64,000 nucleotides of DNA, taken from contig MCFH01000001.1 in NCBI GenBank assembly GCA_002104945.1, positions 1,922,001-1,986,000 of the forward strand, written 5' to 3'. Below, in pieces: positions 22,357-37,000 of this stretch. Every line of letters starts with the position of its first letter. The first letter of the stretch is position 1. The notes beneath the pieces are model-generated. The model worked only from the letters and a program-made list of their open reading frames with translations, was not told the origin of the DNA and made no database searches. The position numbers were made by a program, and so were the translations under genes. The stretch comes from Piromyces finnis finn. Lineage: Eukaryota > Fungi > Neocallimastigomycota.

Positions 22357-23277
22357 CTATATTAATATTTCATCATCTTCTTCCGTAATACTTAATTCTT
22401 CTTCTTCTTTGGAAAGTATTGGTTGAAAATCTATCCATCTGCTACTAGAGTTTGAAGGTATAATTAAGAAGGGATCTTCGACTTCTGAATTAATTATAAA
22501 GGTTTTTATTTCATCATTATTTTTAACACCATTATTTGTAACACATTGAAATATATTTTTATCAAAATTATTATTTCGAGGTTCAAAAGAATCAACAGTC
22601 TTATTATTTGTAAATACCTCACATTTTGTATTTATATGCATTTTACCATAATTAAATTCTTTTTCAACTTCATTGAAAATATTATTATTTTTTGAGTTAC
22701 TAGTAAGAGGTAGTTTATTATTAATTTCTAATGGAATAATTTTACTTTCAATAATTTTTGTTTTCCCTAAAATATTTATTTGATTTGTTGGTTTTATTGG
22801 AGATAGATTATTTTCATTAATACTATTTGGATAAATTTCAAATGAGGAATCTTTATCATTTTTTAAACGGTTTGTTGAATATTTCATTGAAAAGTTTCCT
22901 TTTTTAACATATTTATTAATTAAATTATTATCAATATTTATTTGTGAATTCTCATTATATGCTTGATTTTTTTCACTTTCTTTTTTATTATTAAACTTTA
23001 TATTTGTATTTCTAAGAAGGACTAATGGTTTTTCGGTTAATATTGAGTATTTTAAATTTTTTGGTTTCATTTTTTTTGTAATGATTTTTTGATTCAAAAG
23101 ATTAGTATTATTTTTCTTTTCTGTGAGTTTGGTTTTGTTATTTTCATTTTTCTTTTTAATGTTTAGATTTTTTTTCTTTTCAGCATTCTCTTTTTTATTG
23201 TTAACCTGTTTCAATTTAGTTTTTTCGATTAGTTCTTGCAATTCAGATTGTGTAATGTTTATCCTGTGGTACTTTCC
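22357..23277 (-). CDS. Hypothetical low-complexity N/K-rich protein (probable last exon; start uncertain)
   Basis: Open frame of about 300 codons in AT-rich DNA, with a candidate AG acceptor near 23278. No domain recognised. Confidence 0.45.
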   Translation of the reverse strand, partial: GKYHRINITQSELQELIEKTKLKQVNNKKENAEKKKNLNIKKKNENNKTKLTEKKNNTNLLNQKIITKKMKPKNLKYSILTEKPLVLLRNTNIKFNNKKESEKNQAYNENSQINIDNNLINKYVKKGNFSMKYSTNRLKNDKDSSFEIYPNSINENNLSPIKPTNQINILGKTKIIESKIIPLEINNKLPLTSNSKNNNIFNEVEKEFNYGKMHINTKCEVFTNNKTVDSFEPRNNNFDKNIFQCVTNNGVKNNDEIKTFIINSEVEDPFLIIPSNSSSRWIDFQPILSKEEEELSITEEDDEILI

Positions 23278-23607
23278 TATATATTTTATATATTATTTTT
23301 AACAATAGCTAATATCATTAATAATCAGAGTTTTAGTTTTATTTATTATTTTTATTTTTTTGTATTACTTATATTTTCTTTGTTTTCATAAGTCTTTAAA
23401 ATGTTACTATTCATTTTTTTATTTATTTAATACTTTATAATATCTTTATATTTAGAAATATAATTTTTATTTTACTTTTATATTCTATTTTTGTTCTTTT
23501 ATAGTAATTTTTTTTTTTTTTTTTTTTTAAGTAATATCTTTAATTATTACGAAATAATTGTGTGATAATTTAATATTTTTCAACAAATTTTATAAAAATT
23601 AAAAATA

Positions 23608-23679
23608 AGGTTCTACCGAGATTCGAACTCGGATTATTGGATTCAGAGTCCAAGGTGCTGACCATTACACTATAGAACC
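23608..23679 (-). tRNA. tRNA-Gln(CUG)
   Basis: Reverse strand GGTTCTATAGTGTAATGGTCAGCACCTTGGACTCTGAATCCAATAATCCGAGTTCGAATCTCGGTAGAACCT forms a cloverleaf with anticodon arm TTGGA-CT-CTG-AA-TCCAA and T-loop GTTCGAATC. Confidence 0.97.
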
Positions 23680-24577
23680 TTGCCGTTGATTCTAATTTTT
23701 TTATGAATAATAAAAATATAAAATAGGAAATTTGAATAGATAAAAAATTGATGAAAATGTATTACATCATTCCACTCTTTAATAATATGCACTTTATCTG
23801 TTAAACAATAAAGAGAAATTTTTTTTATTATGAAAATAAACATTTTTTTAATAAAAATTTTTTTATATAAATTTTTTATATTTAATGGTTACTTTTTAAA
23901 AATTAAAATTATAGAATTAAAAATTTTTTTCTATTTAATAGTTAAAAAATGTACTCATTTTTTGGTTTTAATGTTTTTATGTTTCTTACTATTTTCAAAT
24001 AAAAGATTAAAAGATATATAGGAAATTATAATAAGAAATTCTAACATCTAATTAGAAGTTTATATTTTCAATGGTGGTAGTTACACTCATTCGTTATATA
24101 ATTCTACTCATGTAACACTTAGATATTATATATTTAAGGGTTATATATTTTTGTAAATTTTGAGAAAAATATTAAAAATAATAAATTTCTTGAAAATATA
24201 TTATTTAATAAATATATTGAATTATAAATAGTAAAACATAATATTTATTCTATAAAAAATATCATTAAATTACTTATAAATATTGTATTTATAGTATATA
24301 ATATATTCAACAATAATAACTTTTTGCATAAAATAATATAAGTTTAATTAGAATCTGATTATTTATTTTAAAGTAAAATTATTTTCCAAATAGTAAAATT
24401 TAATTAATGATCTATTAAGCATAAAATATAAAATATAAAGTAATTTTTCAACCAATCATATTATAAAATTTAAATCAAATTTTAGAATATTATAGTTATA
24501 TTATTTTATCCACCAAAATAAAGTTAATTGTGAAGAATATTACCTTTTTTTTACCAATTGAATTTATATAAAATAAA

Positions 24578-26369
24578 ATGGGAAAATCTTCGAAAGATAA
24601 AAGAGGTATTTTTTTTTTTTAGTAATTTTATTAATAAGTCATAAATTACAAATATATATATTAATATATATCTAATTTTAAAGGGAAAAATTCATTAATA
24701 ACATATAATTTATTTATTATATAATATTTATATATTTAATTATTATATATTATAAATGATTTTTAGATCGTTATTATAGATTAGCAAAAGAACAAGGTTG
24801 GAGAGCTAGAAGTGCATTTAAACTTCTTCAAATTGGTAATTCTTAATTTAAAAATTAAATATGAAGTTATGTAAAAATAAAACAAAATAAAGTAAGACTA
24901 AAATTTAAATTTTATAAAAATATATAATATAGAGGAAGAATTTAATTTATTTGAAAATGTCAAACATTGTGTTGATTTATGTGCTGCTCCAGGTAGTTGG
25001 AGTCAAGTTTTAAGTAGAAAATTAATTAAAGAAGGACAAGAAGATCCACCAAAAATTGTAGCTGTTGATTTACAAGCTATGGTAAATATATTTTTGTAAT
25101 ATAATTTAAAGATATATTCAAAGGTTTTTAACAATAAAAATAATGTATAAATAATTTAAATGAAAAACTCGATATTTAGGCTCCATTAAAAGGAATTATT
25201 CAAATTCAAGGTGATATTACTAAACAATCTACTGCCGAACAAATTATTTCCCATTTTGATGGAAAGTATGCTGATTTAGTTATTTGTGATGGTGCTCCAG
25301 ATGGTAAAATATAGAATTAAAATGAATTATTATTTTATTTTTACATAATGAATTTTGAATTATAATTTATTTAACAATATAAATTAACAATTATTTATAT
25401 TTTTGAACTAAATTATAATAAAAATAAATTTTAAAAAAATAAATTAATAATAAAAAAGTTACTGGTCTTCACGATATGGATGAATATATTCAAGCTCAAC
25501 TTTTATTAGCTGTAATTCCCATAGTATTAAATTTCAGCATTTTAATGAAAAAATACCTATTAATCTTGAATTTATTTGATTATTACTATTTGAAAATAAT
25601 ATAATATATAATTACATAAAACAGGCATTAAATATTACTACACATGTATTAAGACCAGGAGGTACTTTTGTTGCAAAAATTTTCAGAGGAAAAGATATAA
25701 CATTATTATATGCCCAATTAAAAATATTTTTCAAACACGTTACTTGTTGTAAACCAAGAAGTTCAAGAAACTCTAGTATAGGTAGATTTATATTAATAAT
25801 ATTTCATAGAAATAAATTTATTTATTTATTTTATAATCCTTATAAATGGGAACACATTGTATCAATATCAATACTAATATTAAAAATTATATATTAAAGA
25901 ATCTTTCATTGTTTGTCAAGATTATCAACCACCAAAGGATTATGTACCAAATATGTCAAATCCATTATTAGATTTTTCATACAATTCAACATATAATAAT
26001 TTAGAAGGTTCAAATAGAGTTATAGTACCATTTTTAGCAGCTGGTAAGTGATAAAAACTAATTAAATAAAAATTTAAATATAATAATCTTATTAAATCTA
26101 ATTTATTCAATAAACACTAGGTGATTTAAGTTCATTTGATAGTGATCAAACTTATCCATTGGATGTAAGAGTTTTAATATGAAAATATTGATTTATATAA
26201 ATCTTATATTTTAAAGATATTTTGAATATTAACTTTTTTTTCTCTTATTTTTTATTAAAAGAAAAACAATAACTATCAACCTCTTGAACCAGTTCAATCT
26301 CCAATTAGTCCTCCATATAAAACTGCTATTAAGAAGAAGAGAACTAATGAATTAAATAAAAATAACTAA
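24578..26369 (+). CDS. TRM7: tRNA (32/34) 2'-O-methyltransferase, FtsJ family, multi-exon
   Basis: Spliced [89 protein letters not shown]. Confidence 0.96.
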
Positions 26370-26947
26370 ATTTTGATTTTGTTACATAAATTTCAAATAT
26401 ATTCTATTTTTTTTTTTTTAAATTAATATATAATATAATATAATATCATCATTTATTTTTATCTAAAATATGTTTTATTAGAATATAAAATCAAGGTATT
26501 TAAATAATAAAAATAATAAAATAATAAAATCTAATAATAATAATATGTAAAATAGTTTAACAATGAATGCATTTTTTTTTTACCTGATGCTAAATAATTT
26601 TTTTATAATCAAGAATTAATTTATTAAATTAAATTATATTTTCTATATTAATTTTGATTTTGACTATTTTAAAAAAAATGTTAAGTAAAAAATTTTTTTT
26701 TTTTCGCAGCAAAATTATAAAATATTAACATTTTTTTTTTTTATCTTTTCAATATTAATATAAAATGATGTGTAATTTTTGATTTTTAAGAAATCTTAAA
26801 CAGTAGAATTAAATATTTATACATAAAAAAATCAACAATATAATAATTAATTATTTTTTTTATTAAAAATAAAAGTATAATAAATCTTAAACTTTTGATG
26901 TTTTTTTGAAAAAAAAAAAGAAAGAAAAAAAAGAAAAAATAATTAAA

Positions 26948-29547
26948 ATGTTTGACTTTGATTTAACAGATATTTACGATTTTCCTGAGGAATATGGGTC
27001 ATTTAGAGATTTTGATAATTTATTAAGATGTCCAATATGTAAAGAATTTTTAAATCCAACATTAATTTTAACAAGTTGCCAACATTATGGTTGTAGGTAT
27101 GAAAGTGTTAATTTTAAATATTGATTTTTATGTAAATGTAACTAAATATATATATAAATTTTGTTATTGGATAACAATTCATTTTGAATTTTTGAAATAT
27201 AATAAAAAGTTATTGTATGAGAAAAACTATAACCGAAATGAATATATGCCCAATGTGTAGACATTCAGCTGACGCAACTGAATTACAGAAAGTTTCATTA
27301 ATTGATGATATAATAAAAATTTATAAAAATAATAGGTGATTTTTTTTTTATGAATACTTTTTACAATATTAAATTATTACTATTTTTTTTTTTTTTTTTT
27401 TTTTTTTGAAAAAATATATATGAATTATTTTAAATTGTATTAATTAAATTTATGCTATTTTATATATAAATTGTTAAATTAAAGAAAAATAATATTAGAA
27501 TTAATAGAATTTAAAAAAAAAAATAATAATAATAGAATTAATAATGTATTGGATACAAAACAAGATTCAAAAATAGATAATCATAAAAGTGAATTAGATT
27601 CAAAAGATATAAATTTATCAGACGATGGTGATACAACAATGGCAACAATTGCATTAAGTGATATTAGTAGTCAAGTTGGTACAAATGAGAAAAATGATAC
27701 CTTTTTAAATGATAATATTGAACAAAACTCAAATGGCGATTTTAATTCAAAATCTGTTAGTAATAATGGGAATAACGATAATGATAACAATGACAACAAC
27801 AACAATAATAACAATGTTGATATAATTGATAATAATCAAAGTGGTAATTCTAGTCATGAATTTTCATCCATACAACCTAGTGGTAGATACTAAAAAAATA
27901 AATTATATAATTAATAAAGTTAAATAAATTTAATATTTTATTGTAAAATATTAATGTGTTTTGTTTTATTTTACTTTTATTTTGATAGATGATGAATTTG
28001 TTCAATGTCCACTTTGTTTACAAAATATTCAAGTTAAACGCTTAAACAGACATATGGATCTGAATTGTCCCAAAGAGAGTCCACTTAATGATCCTTCTAA
28101 TAATTCTTTAAACTTTTTTATGTCATCTTCTAAATCCGATAATGATTCTGCATGGAAAAATAAAATTTTTTCGAATCCAATTGTTAAACCAAAGATTAAA
28201 AATAAAACTCAAAAATTAAGATCGTTGGCATATAATTTACTGACAGAATCAAAATTAAGAAAAATTCTAAAGGTAATGATTACATCCATATATATTTAAA
28301 GAATACAAAATAACAATAATAATAACAATAATAAAAATAATCTAATATAAATTTAAAAGGATTTAAAAATACCGTCACATGGTGATAAAATTCTAATGCA
28401 AAAAAGGCATGCCGAATATGTTAATATATTTAATGCAAATTGTGATTTAGATCACCCAAAGTCCCATCAAAGATTAGTTGAAGAATTAAAACGGTGGGAA
28501 AAAATCAATTTTGAAACATCATCTCCTTTTTCTAAGCATAATTCTTTTCCAAAATCATTTTTTTCATCTAGACATAATAATGGTCATAATATCTCAGCGA
28601 ATTCATCAGGATCTAGTCAAAATGATATTGATTTAGAAGAAATAAATAAAGAACATCAATCTTATTTGCAATCTCATAAATCTGATTTTGATTATCTAAT
28701 TAAGCAAATTAAAAAAAGAGAAAAAAAAAAGGATTCAAGTGAAGACAAAGAAACTTCTGGTATTTTTTTTTTTTTTTTTTTTCGTATAATTTATATTTTT
28801 ATATACTTAAATTATATTGAAAAGAATAGAATGAATTATTAATTTATATACGCATTGCATTTAATATATATATATATATATATATATATTGTTAAATTAT
28901 ATAAAAAAGATAAAAATGAACCAGAAGATTTAATTGACTTAGATATTTTTTATGACGAGCATTCTCATATATCTTTCAATTCAAGTAAAGAAAAACCTAT
29001 TAAAAATAATAAAAGTATTAAAAATAAGGTTGTTAGAAAAAAACAAAGTGATAGTGATGATGAATATTATGAAGGCTCCAAGCCTAGTAAGAAGGCTAGA
29101 TCACATAAAACTAATGTAAAAACCCCAACAAAAAGATATAACACGCGATCTTCTCATATTACATTGGATATCAATGATGATAAACAAAATAGTGAAGATT
29201 TTTCAAATATGAAAAGAAATGAAGAAATTTCAAATAATAATAGCAGTAGTCATAATACTATAGAAGTGTATGAAGTTTTATCAAGTGAAAATGAATCAAC
29301 AGAAAAAAATAAAGAAATGAATTATGATACTAAAGAACATAAAAATGATACAAATAATAATGATAACAATCATATTGTTGAAATAAAAGAAGTTCAAAAT
29401 AATTCAATAGATAACATTGATATTACGAAAAAAGTCAAAGAATCAAATCATAATAATGAAGAAATTGAAAATAAAAGTGTAGAACCACCAATTGTTCTAT
29501 CAGATGAAGATGTTATAATGGGTGATAAGATAGAACAGAAAGAATAA
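26948..29547 (+). CDS. RAD18: E3 ubiquitin ligase Rad18 (RING-UBZ-SAP), multi-exon
   Basis: RING LRCPICKEF..CQHYGC|SYC..CPMC; UBZ4 VQCPLC..RHMDLNC; SAP YNLLTESKLRKILK|DLKIPSHGDK; RHAEYVNIFNANCD. Confidence 0.93.
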
Positions 29548-30091
29548 GAAAAATTATAATTTTTCTGAGAATAATGATAAACTTTTTAATTTTTATATAT
29601 GATAATATGATAATAATACCTAATAATTATTATCCTATAATTTATTTATATATATATTTTATGTCATTGCTTCAATTATTATATATATATATATATTAAA
29701 AGAAAATTGAGTTTTTAATATAAAGTGTTATTTTATATTCAATATACCCTAATTAATTTCATTTAACTTATTATAAATTAGTTTGTAAACAATAAACTTG
29801 CTTATGAAAGCCTTAAATTATTAAGTAATTTTATATAACTCATAATTTACCAAACCATTATTATCTGAATATATTAATAAATAAATAAATAAAAATTTAA
29901 TATTTTTATGACATATTATCTAGATAAAATAAAACTTTGCATTATTATTATTTTTTTAATATTAATTTTTTTTTATTTCAAAACTATTATATTTTTTTTA
30001 TTTTTTATATATTATATAATATATACTTTTTATTTATAAATAATAAATAATTTAAATAAATTATCCGATATAGTTAATAGTATTAACAAAT

Positions 30092-32519
30092 TTATTCTCT
30101 ATTTTCATAATTGTTTAGTCCTCTTGCATCGATTAAAATCCCTAGTATAGAATTTGCCATACCACATTTTATTAAATCTATTTAAGAATAATATTTGTAT
30201 ATATTTTATATTTAATGTTATAATAGTCAAAATATTATTTTATAAAATAAATATATATAGAAAATTATATATTTTTTACTCACCTTGGATTTTTATTTTT
30301 TCAGTTTCTTCTGGATGTGCCATATCAAATAATTCAACCTAGAATATTATTAAATTTGTAAGATTTATCGGATATTAATTATATAATAAATATAAAATAT
30401 AATAATATACATACAACAATGTTTTCTTCTTCTATTATTTCAAAACCATATTTGACCATTTTTTGGAATAATGACTATATTTTATTATTATATATGATAA
30501 AATTATTAATTATTATTATTATTAATTATTATTATTATTATTATTATTATTACTTAAATGCTTCATTTACCTTATAATGATGTGTTACTACTGGTTTTGA
30601 TAAGTAACCTACACCTTCTAAATCTAAACATCTAAAAGCAAGTGAAATTGCTTCGGGTTTATTTAAGTTATTTACCATTAAGTGAAAATCAATAAAAGCT
30701 TGGAAATCCTATAATAAAAAGTTATTAAAATTAATAATATAATAAAATAATTAAAATAAAGTTGAAGCGTATATCTTTATTTATTTTTTTATTATATTAT
30801 TTATTCAATACCATTTCGTTATTATAAGTTGGAAATTCTTCAAATACTCTATCAAGAAATATGTCTGAATAAACACCACTGCAGAAATTAGACAATTCAC
30901 TTCTACTTATCATTCCATTTCCGTCAGTGTCAAGATTTAAATATCTTTTTTTTTTTTTTTTTTTTTTTAATTTAATATTTATAATTAATTATTGCTTTAT
31001 TTTATATTTCAACAATTATATGATATTTAAAATTATCAACTTACTGTCCTATTAATATTATATATATTTTCGGTTTGTTAAAATATGAAGAATAATAATA
31101 TGATCAGTAATAAAATTCAGGTAAATTCTATTACTAATATGCTAATGTGCTTTATTTAATAAATACCATAAACAGTCATTGCTGATTCTATTGAAAACCA
31201 ATTATATTTATCATCTTTATTTTCTTTTAAACCGTAAAATTCTTGATATACTGATGATAATAACAATTCTCTTATATTAATTTTTCCTTTATTAAATTAA
31301 TTTTATAATTATTAAAATTAGGAACAACAAAAAAAATAATATTTTAATATTTACTAATTATAATATACATATACTCTTTATATTACCTTTATGACGTGGA
31401 TCCAAAAAGAAAAAAAATTTTCTTGCTGCAATACATACATAAAATTTTTCGAACATTTTATTCATTTCAAATATTTGTGGTAGTGATTTTATTAAATCTG
31501 TTAAATAATCTTCAAATTGCTATTAAATAATTTTATTAAGAATTATTATTTAAAAATATTAAAATTATATTTAAAAATATTTATTATTAATCTATATTAT
31601 TAACATAAGATTAAAATAAAAAATTATAAAAAAAGATAAAGAATAATATGTACTTCTTCAGTTAAATATCCTGTATTATCTGTGTCATATAAACTCAAAT
31701 CCAATCTAGTTTGCTTAAATGATACTAATAATTTATAAAGGTAGATTATTAATGAGTGCTAATATTTTATCAAATTTTCATTTAAATTCAAATATATATT
31801 ATAAATATATATAAAGATTTTTCATTTACTTTTTTTAACAACATAATTGAAAAAATTTATAACAGATATATATCCTGTATCATCCATGAGTTGATAAAAT
31901 ATTTTTGATGAAAAATATTCTTTAAATTTTGTCGGTAATGCTGCAGCAATTGCAGTAAAATCAAAATATGACAATTTCTACATCACATAAAATAATTAAT
32001 ATAAAGGAATTTATTTGAATTATTAATTATTAATTTCATACTTATCCATTTATTATAATAAAATTTATTAATAAACTTTTTAATTACTTTATATACTTGA
32101 GTATCATGATTATTACTACTTTCACACAAGGCAATCCATAATTCATCTAAATCATCTTCTGATAATAAATTATTATTAACTTCTGTATGTACACTATAAT
32201 AACTAGCCTTTTGTAATTGATTTTGTATTTTTGTATTCTTCTTTTTCTATTCCCATTATAAACAATGATAGAAAATAAGGATTTTTTAATTATATATTTT
32301 TATTGAAATTTTAATAAAATAATATATTTCCATAATTATGAAATTGCTAATATATACTTTAAAAAAGAATTGTGGAATTTTATAATTATTTTTTATACTA
32401 CTATTATTATAACCCATTAATTCCTTAAAATATTCTTGTTCAATAGCTTCCTCTGATTTATATAATTCTTTGACATTTTCGTCATCTACAATTTCTTTCA
32501 AGGCTGTTGCCCAAGACAT
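30092..32519 (-). CDS. PPP2R3C: PP2A regulatory subunit B'' gamma-like (EF-hand), multi-exon
   Basis: Spliced IPQFFFK, LDLSLYDTDNTGYL, YVCIAARKFFFFLDPRHKG, LDTDGNGMISRSEL, FLDRVFEEFPTYNNEMDF, ILIDARGLNNYENRE*. Confidence 0.85.
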
Positions 32520-33606
32520 TTTTATTGTTATTAATTTATTATTTATAATTGCTATTAATATATATAATAGTTATACTTTATTTTTATGGTATTTTTAATT
32601 ATAATTGAAATTTAGATTTGAAATTTCAATTAATATTTTACTTATCTAATATTATGACTTTTTTTAAGTATATAAAATATTTAAATACTTAAATGTCAAT
32701 TATAATTTTTCTTTTTTATGTATTATATTTTATATTTTTGTTATATTTTCTTATAATAAAAAAATTTATTAATCCATAAAAATATATTTTTCACTTTTGC
32801 TTGATTATGGGAAAGATTCCAATTTTTTTTTTTTTTAAATTATAATTGCTTTGTTAATGCAAATTATTGAAGTTATTTTTATTTTATTTATTTTTATTTG
32901 TTTAATTTAAAAAGGAGAAGATATGATTAATATTAATAATATATTTCTATTCTTTTTCTTTTTCTTTTTTCTTTTCTTTTTCTTTTTTCTTTTCTTTTTT
33001 TATTTTTATTGATAATTGAAATAATATTTGTTTTTATTTTATTTTATTTTTTTTTAAAAAAATTATAAAAGCTATTAACAATTTTACTTAGAATAGAAAA
33101 TATATATAATGCTTTAAATTATATAATATAATTTATATAATTGATATTGGAATATTTTACTTTATTAATAATTACTGTAAATGTTATCATTAATAATGTT
33201 AATTTTGTTTATATATATATATCTTTCTAAAAATAAATTATAATTTATTTATAATACAAATTTTTTTTTATTTTATAAAATAATAGAATTAAATATTAAA
33301 TTGAATGATTATTAAAATGTGTAATAATAATATATATATATAAATTAAAATGTTAATTTTATTTAGTGCTATTACTTTATTAATATTATCGTTTGCCAAT
33401 ATTATTTATATTTAGTATTTTTTTTTTTTTTTTTTTTTTACTCTAAATTACAAAAAAAAAAAATAACAATAATTTCTAATAATATTAACAATTAGATTTC
33501 TTCTCCTTTAAATTATTAGCTTTTATATTTTTTTTTCTTTTTCTTTTTTAGTTTTAAAAAGGGAAATTTTATGAAAAACTATTATTATGACTACTTCAAT
33601 TTCATA

Positions 33607-33624
33607 CACGTGATCATTACCAAT
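33607..33624. promoter_or_regulatory. Second CACGTGAT...CCAAT composite motif
   Basis: CACGTG-ATCATTA-CCAAT, about 1.1 kb upstream of the PPP2R3C start. Confidence 0.3.
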
Positions 33625-34044
33625 ATTTTTTTTTATTATATTAATATATTTTTATTTTTTGTGTAACTATTATAAAGTTAATTAAAATTTTAAAAAGTTT
33701 ATTAGTTATAAAAACTTAGTGTATTTTTTTTTTTATTATATAAAGTGTAAAGCAGCAGCATAATAGTTATTATATTATATTTGTATTATTATATCTTTTT
33801 ATTTAATAATAATCTTATAAATAAAATATTTAAATTATCATTATACTTTAAAATATTTATATTTAATGATAAAAATTTCTAACAAAAGAAAAAAAAAAAA
33901 AGATAGTTTCTACAGTAATAAGAATAATAGAAATTCTGTTAAAAAAAAAACAAAATATCCAAATATTATATTTTTAAAGAATGCAATATTATAAATGTTA
34001 ATGAATTTTTATGAAGGATAGAAAAGATTATATGAGCTTTTATC

Positions 34045-37000
34045 TTATTGAATTATAATTTCATCTTCATATTGTCGATTCTTATTATTTTTAAATTTAT
34101 GTTGAAGTTTATAAATATTGTATACAACTGAGAATGGTATTTCTTCATTATCTACTGAAGAAATCTTTTCATGAGATGAATATTTATTTTTTGAAATTAA
34201 CATATATTTACCTTTAAAGAAAGTTTCTGAAAAAGTTTCTTTTAATGGTATTTTGAATTTTTTATTTTTTTCTGAATGAAAATTATCAAATACATAAGCT
34301 CTGTTACTATTCATTCTTTCAAATTTTTTATTAGGTTTAATGTTAAACTCATCTGATGATATGGATGAGAAACTATAGTAATTTTCATTTTTATAATTAA
34401 ATTCCGAATCATAATCACTGTTATTTTCGTCTTCAAAAAAAACAAATTCATCATTTTGATTGTTATTTATTTCATCATTGAATGATGTATCTTTCAAACC
34501 AATTGTTTTTTCTTCATCTTCTTCACTTTCTAATGTCATTTCGGATGGAGAACTGACAGTTAATATGTTGATATTATTAATACTATTGTCGTTTGTGTCT
34601 TTATCTGATGAATAGCGATGTCTTATAATTGGATTAAATTGACTTGAAGTTCCATTATCTTGATTATCATTATCATCATTGAAATAAAAGCTAGCATTAG
34701 AAATATCTTTACTTTTTAATTTTTCTGAAAGATTTTTTGAACTTGAAGAAATTTTTTCTTTACTTCTCATAATAACTTTCTTTTCATAACCAGTTTTTGG
34801 TATAATTTTTTCTTTTTTAATATACGATTCTGGAAGTTCTTCTCCCATCCAGCAATTGAGAAAACTGAAAATCACATTATTATAATTACATTTATTATTC
34901 TTAATTTTAATGTTTTTAAAAAGATCTTCGATTGGTGGTTTTGTTGCTAATAAACCATTTGCACGTTCATGATTTCCCCATTGAATTCCTTTTGGTAAAT
35001 CAAAATTTTCATAAATACTAATTAAATCTATGAATTCAACTTCACCAGATTTGTTATCATCATATTCAATCCATTGTTCATTAAACTTATCCCATACCTT
35101 TTCTAGTCTAGCAATTTCATCATGTTCTTTTAAGACTGTAATAAAAGTGTCGACAGTAATGGCTGAAAAACTATTTAAAAGAATCCAATTTAGAATAATA
35201 TGTAAAGTAATATAATATATCGATGCATATTTCGAACCACAATTTTCTATTTTTGGATCACAATTAGTAATAGTTTTCCCCATACAATCAGCCATACCAA
35301 ACGGCCAGCCTTCACCTTTATTTAATTATTTATATATAATTAAAATAAACACTATAAAAAAATAATAATAATGTATTATATATATATAAGTTTTATTTAC
35401 CAGTAGAAAATATAAATACTGTTTGAAGACTTCTTCCAAATGAAGAAAAATTGACATCCTTATTTAAATAATTTGTATGTTCGATTTTAATATCACCAAA
35501 ATATGTATATCCAATGATAGCATAAACAAAGCAAGTAAGAAACATTAACTAAGTATTTATTTATAATAAAAAAAATATATATTATTAATTAATTTAACAT
35601 TAGTATTAATATATAATTTTTTTTTTTATATATTTTTTTTTTATAATTTTATATTATTACTTACAACCAACACATTAATCAATTGCGTAAAATTAAACAT
35701 AACAGCCATACCTAAAGCTTTGATACCTCTAGAATATTGGAAAATACGGATAATTCTAATTACTCTTATCAATACAAGTAATGTAGTTGGGATTATTGAC
35801 TCAAAAACGATCGAAATTATTGAAGTTACTACAATAATTAATGATAATACATTCCAAAAATCTTTAAAGAAATCTTTAATACCATATGCTTTATAAAGTA
35901 ATATCAATTCCCCAATATAAATTAAGGTGAATACAATTTCTGATAAAAATAAAAATATTTTTAAAGTATGATTGATATTATAACTCATTAACATCATGAA
36001 AACAATATTAATACAAATGATAGTTAACATTATTTTATTGAAGAAATTGGATTTAACTAAATTTAAAATTCTACGATTTTCTTCTTTTATAGATTCGACT
36101 TTAGATAGTTTTGGTGAATTTGTAATTAAAATTTTTAGGTAGTCTAATATTTTTCTTTGTCCGTTTGTTAAATACTATATTATATATAATATCAAATAGA
36201 AACATAATTTTTAAGAACATGGTTATAGTAATCATTTTAATTTTTATTAATAATTTTCTAAACATACCTGAATACCACTTAAAATATCTTGATTCTTTTT
36301 CAAACTACTAAACGTTACGGCTGTAATTACTGAAAGAAAAAGCCAATTTCCAATTAAAATTGCACCAACGAAAAAAATAGAATATCCTAGGTGAATTTTT
36401 TCTGGTCTAACAGTATCATCTGATGAAAGATTAATATAACGATACATAATATCTGGCCATGCTTCTTGATGTGATACCACAAAAGTACTTAATAGTCCAT
36501 CAAAGAAATTATCATATGTAACGGAATATGGTACCCAATGACGTTCTACAACATTATCAAAACGATCCGTATAATTACCTACACATTTATCATGCTCTAA
36601 TATTGTAGTATCACTACATTCCCAACCTTTATCAACAAATAGGGATATACCAATTAATGAACAAATTAAGAGATAAAATGCATAAGGAATAAAAGCTATA
36701 AAAATTGATGGTATAGTTTTCCATATAGCAATGGTTACAATTCGTAAACCATTTTGCATATAAATGAAGCGCATAATATAGCAAAGTTGTAAAAGTCTAA
36801 TTGAATGAAAATCATCTCTGTACTTTGTTACATTAATTATCGAAATAAATACAGTGAATATATCGATCCAGCATTTAAACTTTTTCAAATAAGCTTGTTT
36901 AGAAAATATTACTCCATTAGCAATAAATTTTAATACTATGTCAAATGAGTAGAATGCAGCAAATAATATATCTTCCATTAAGATGAGATTGTAATGTTTA

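Noticed and set aside
23830-24021. 63-aa ORF, and similar AT-rich ORFs at 6566, 8959, 30154, 41334, 42263 and 56050
   Set aside because: K/I/F/L-biased chance ORFs typical of very AT-rich intergenic DNA.
23608-24580. tRNA-Gln gene divergent from the tRNA methyltransferase TRM7 as a functional cluster
   Set aside because: tRNA genes are dispersed in eukaryotes, and a single adjacency is not evidence of co-regulation.
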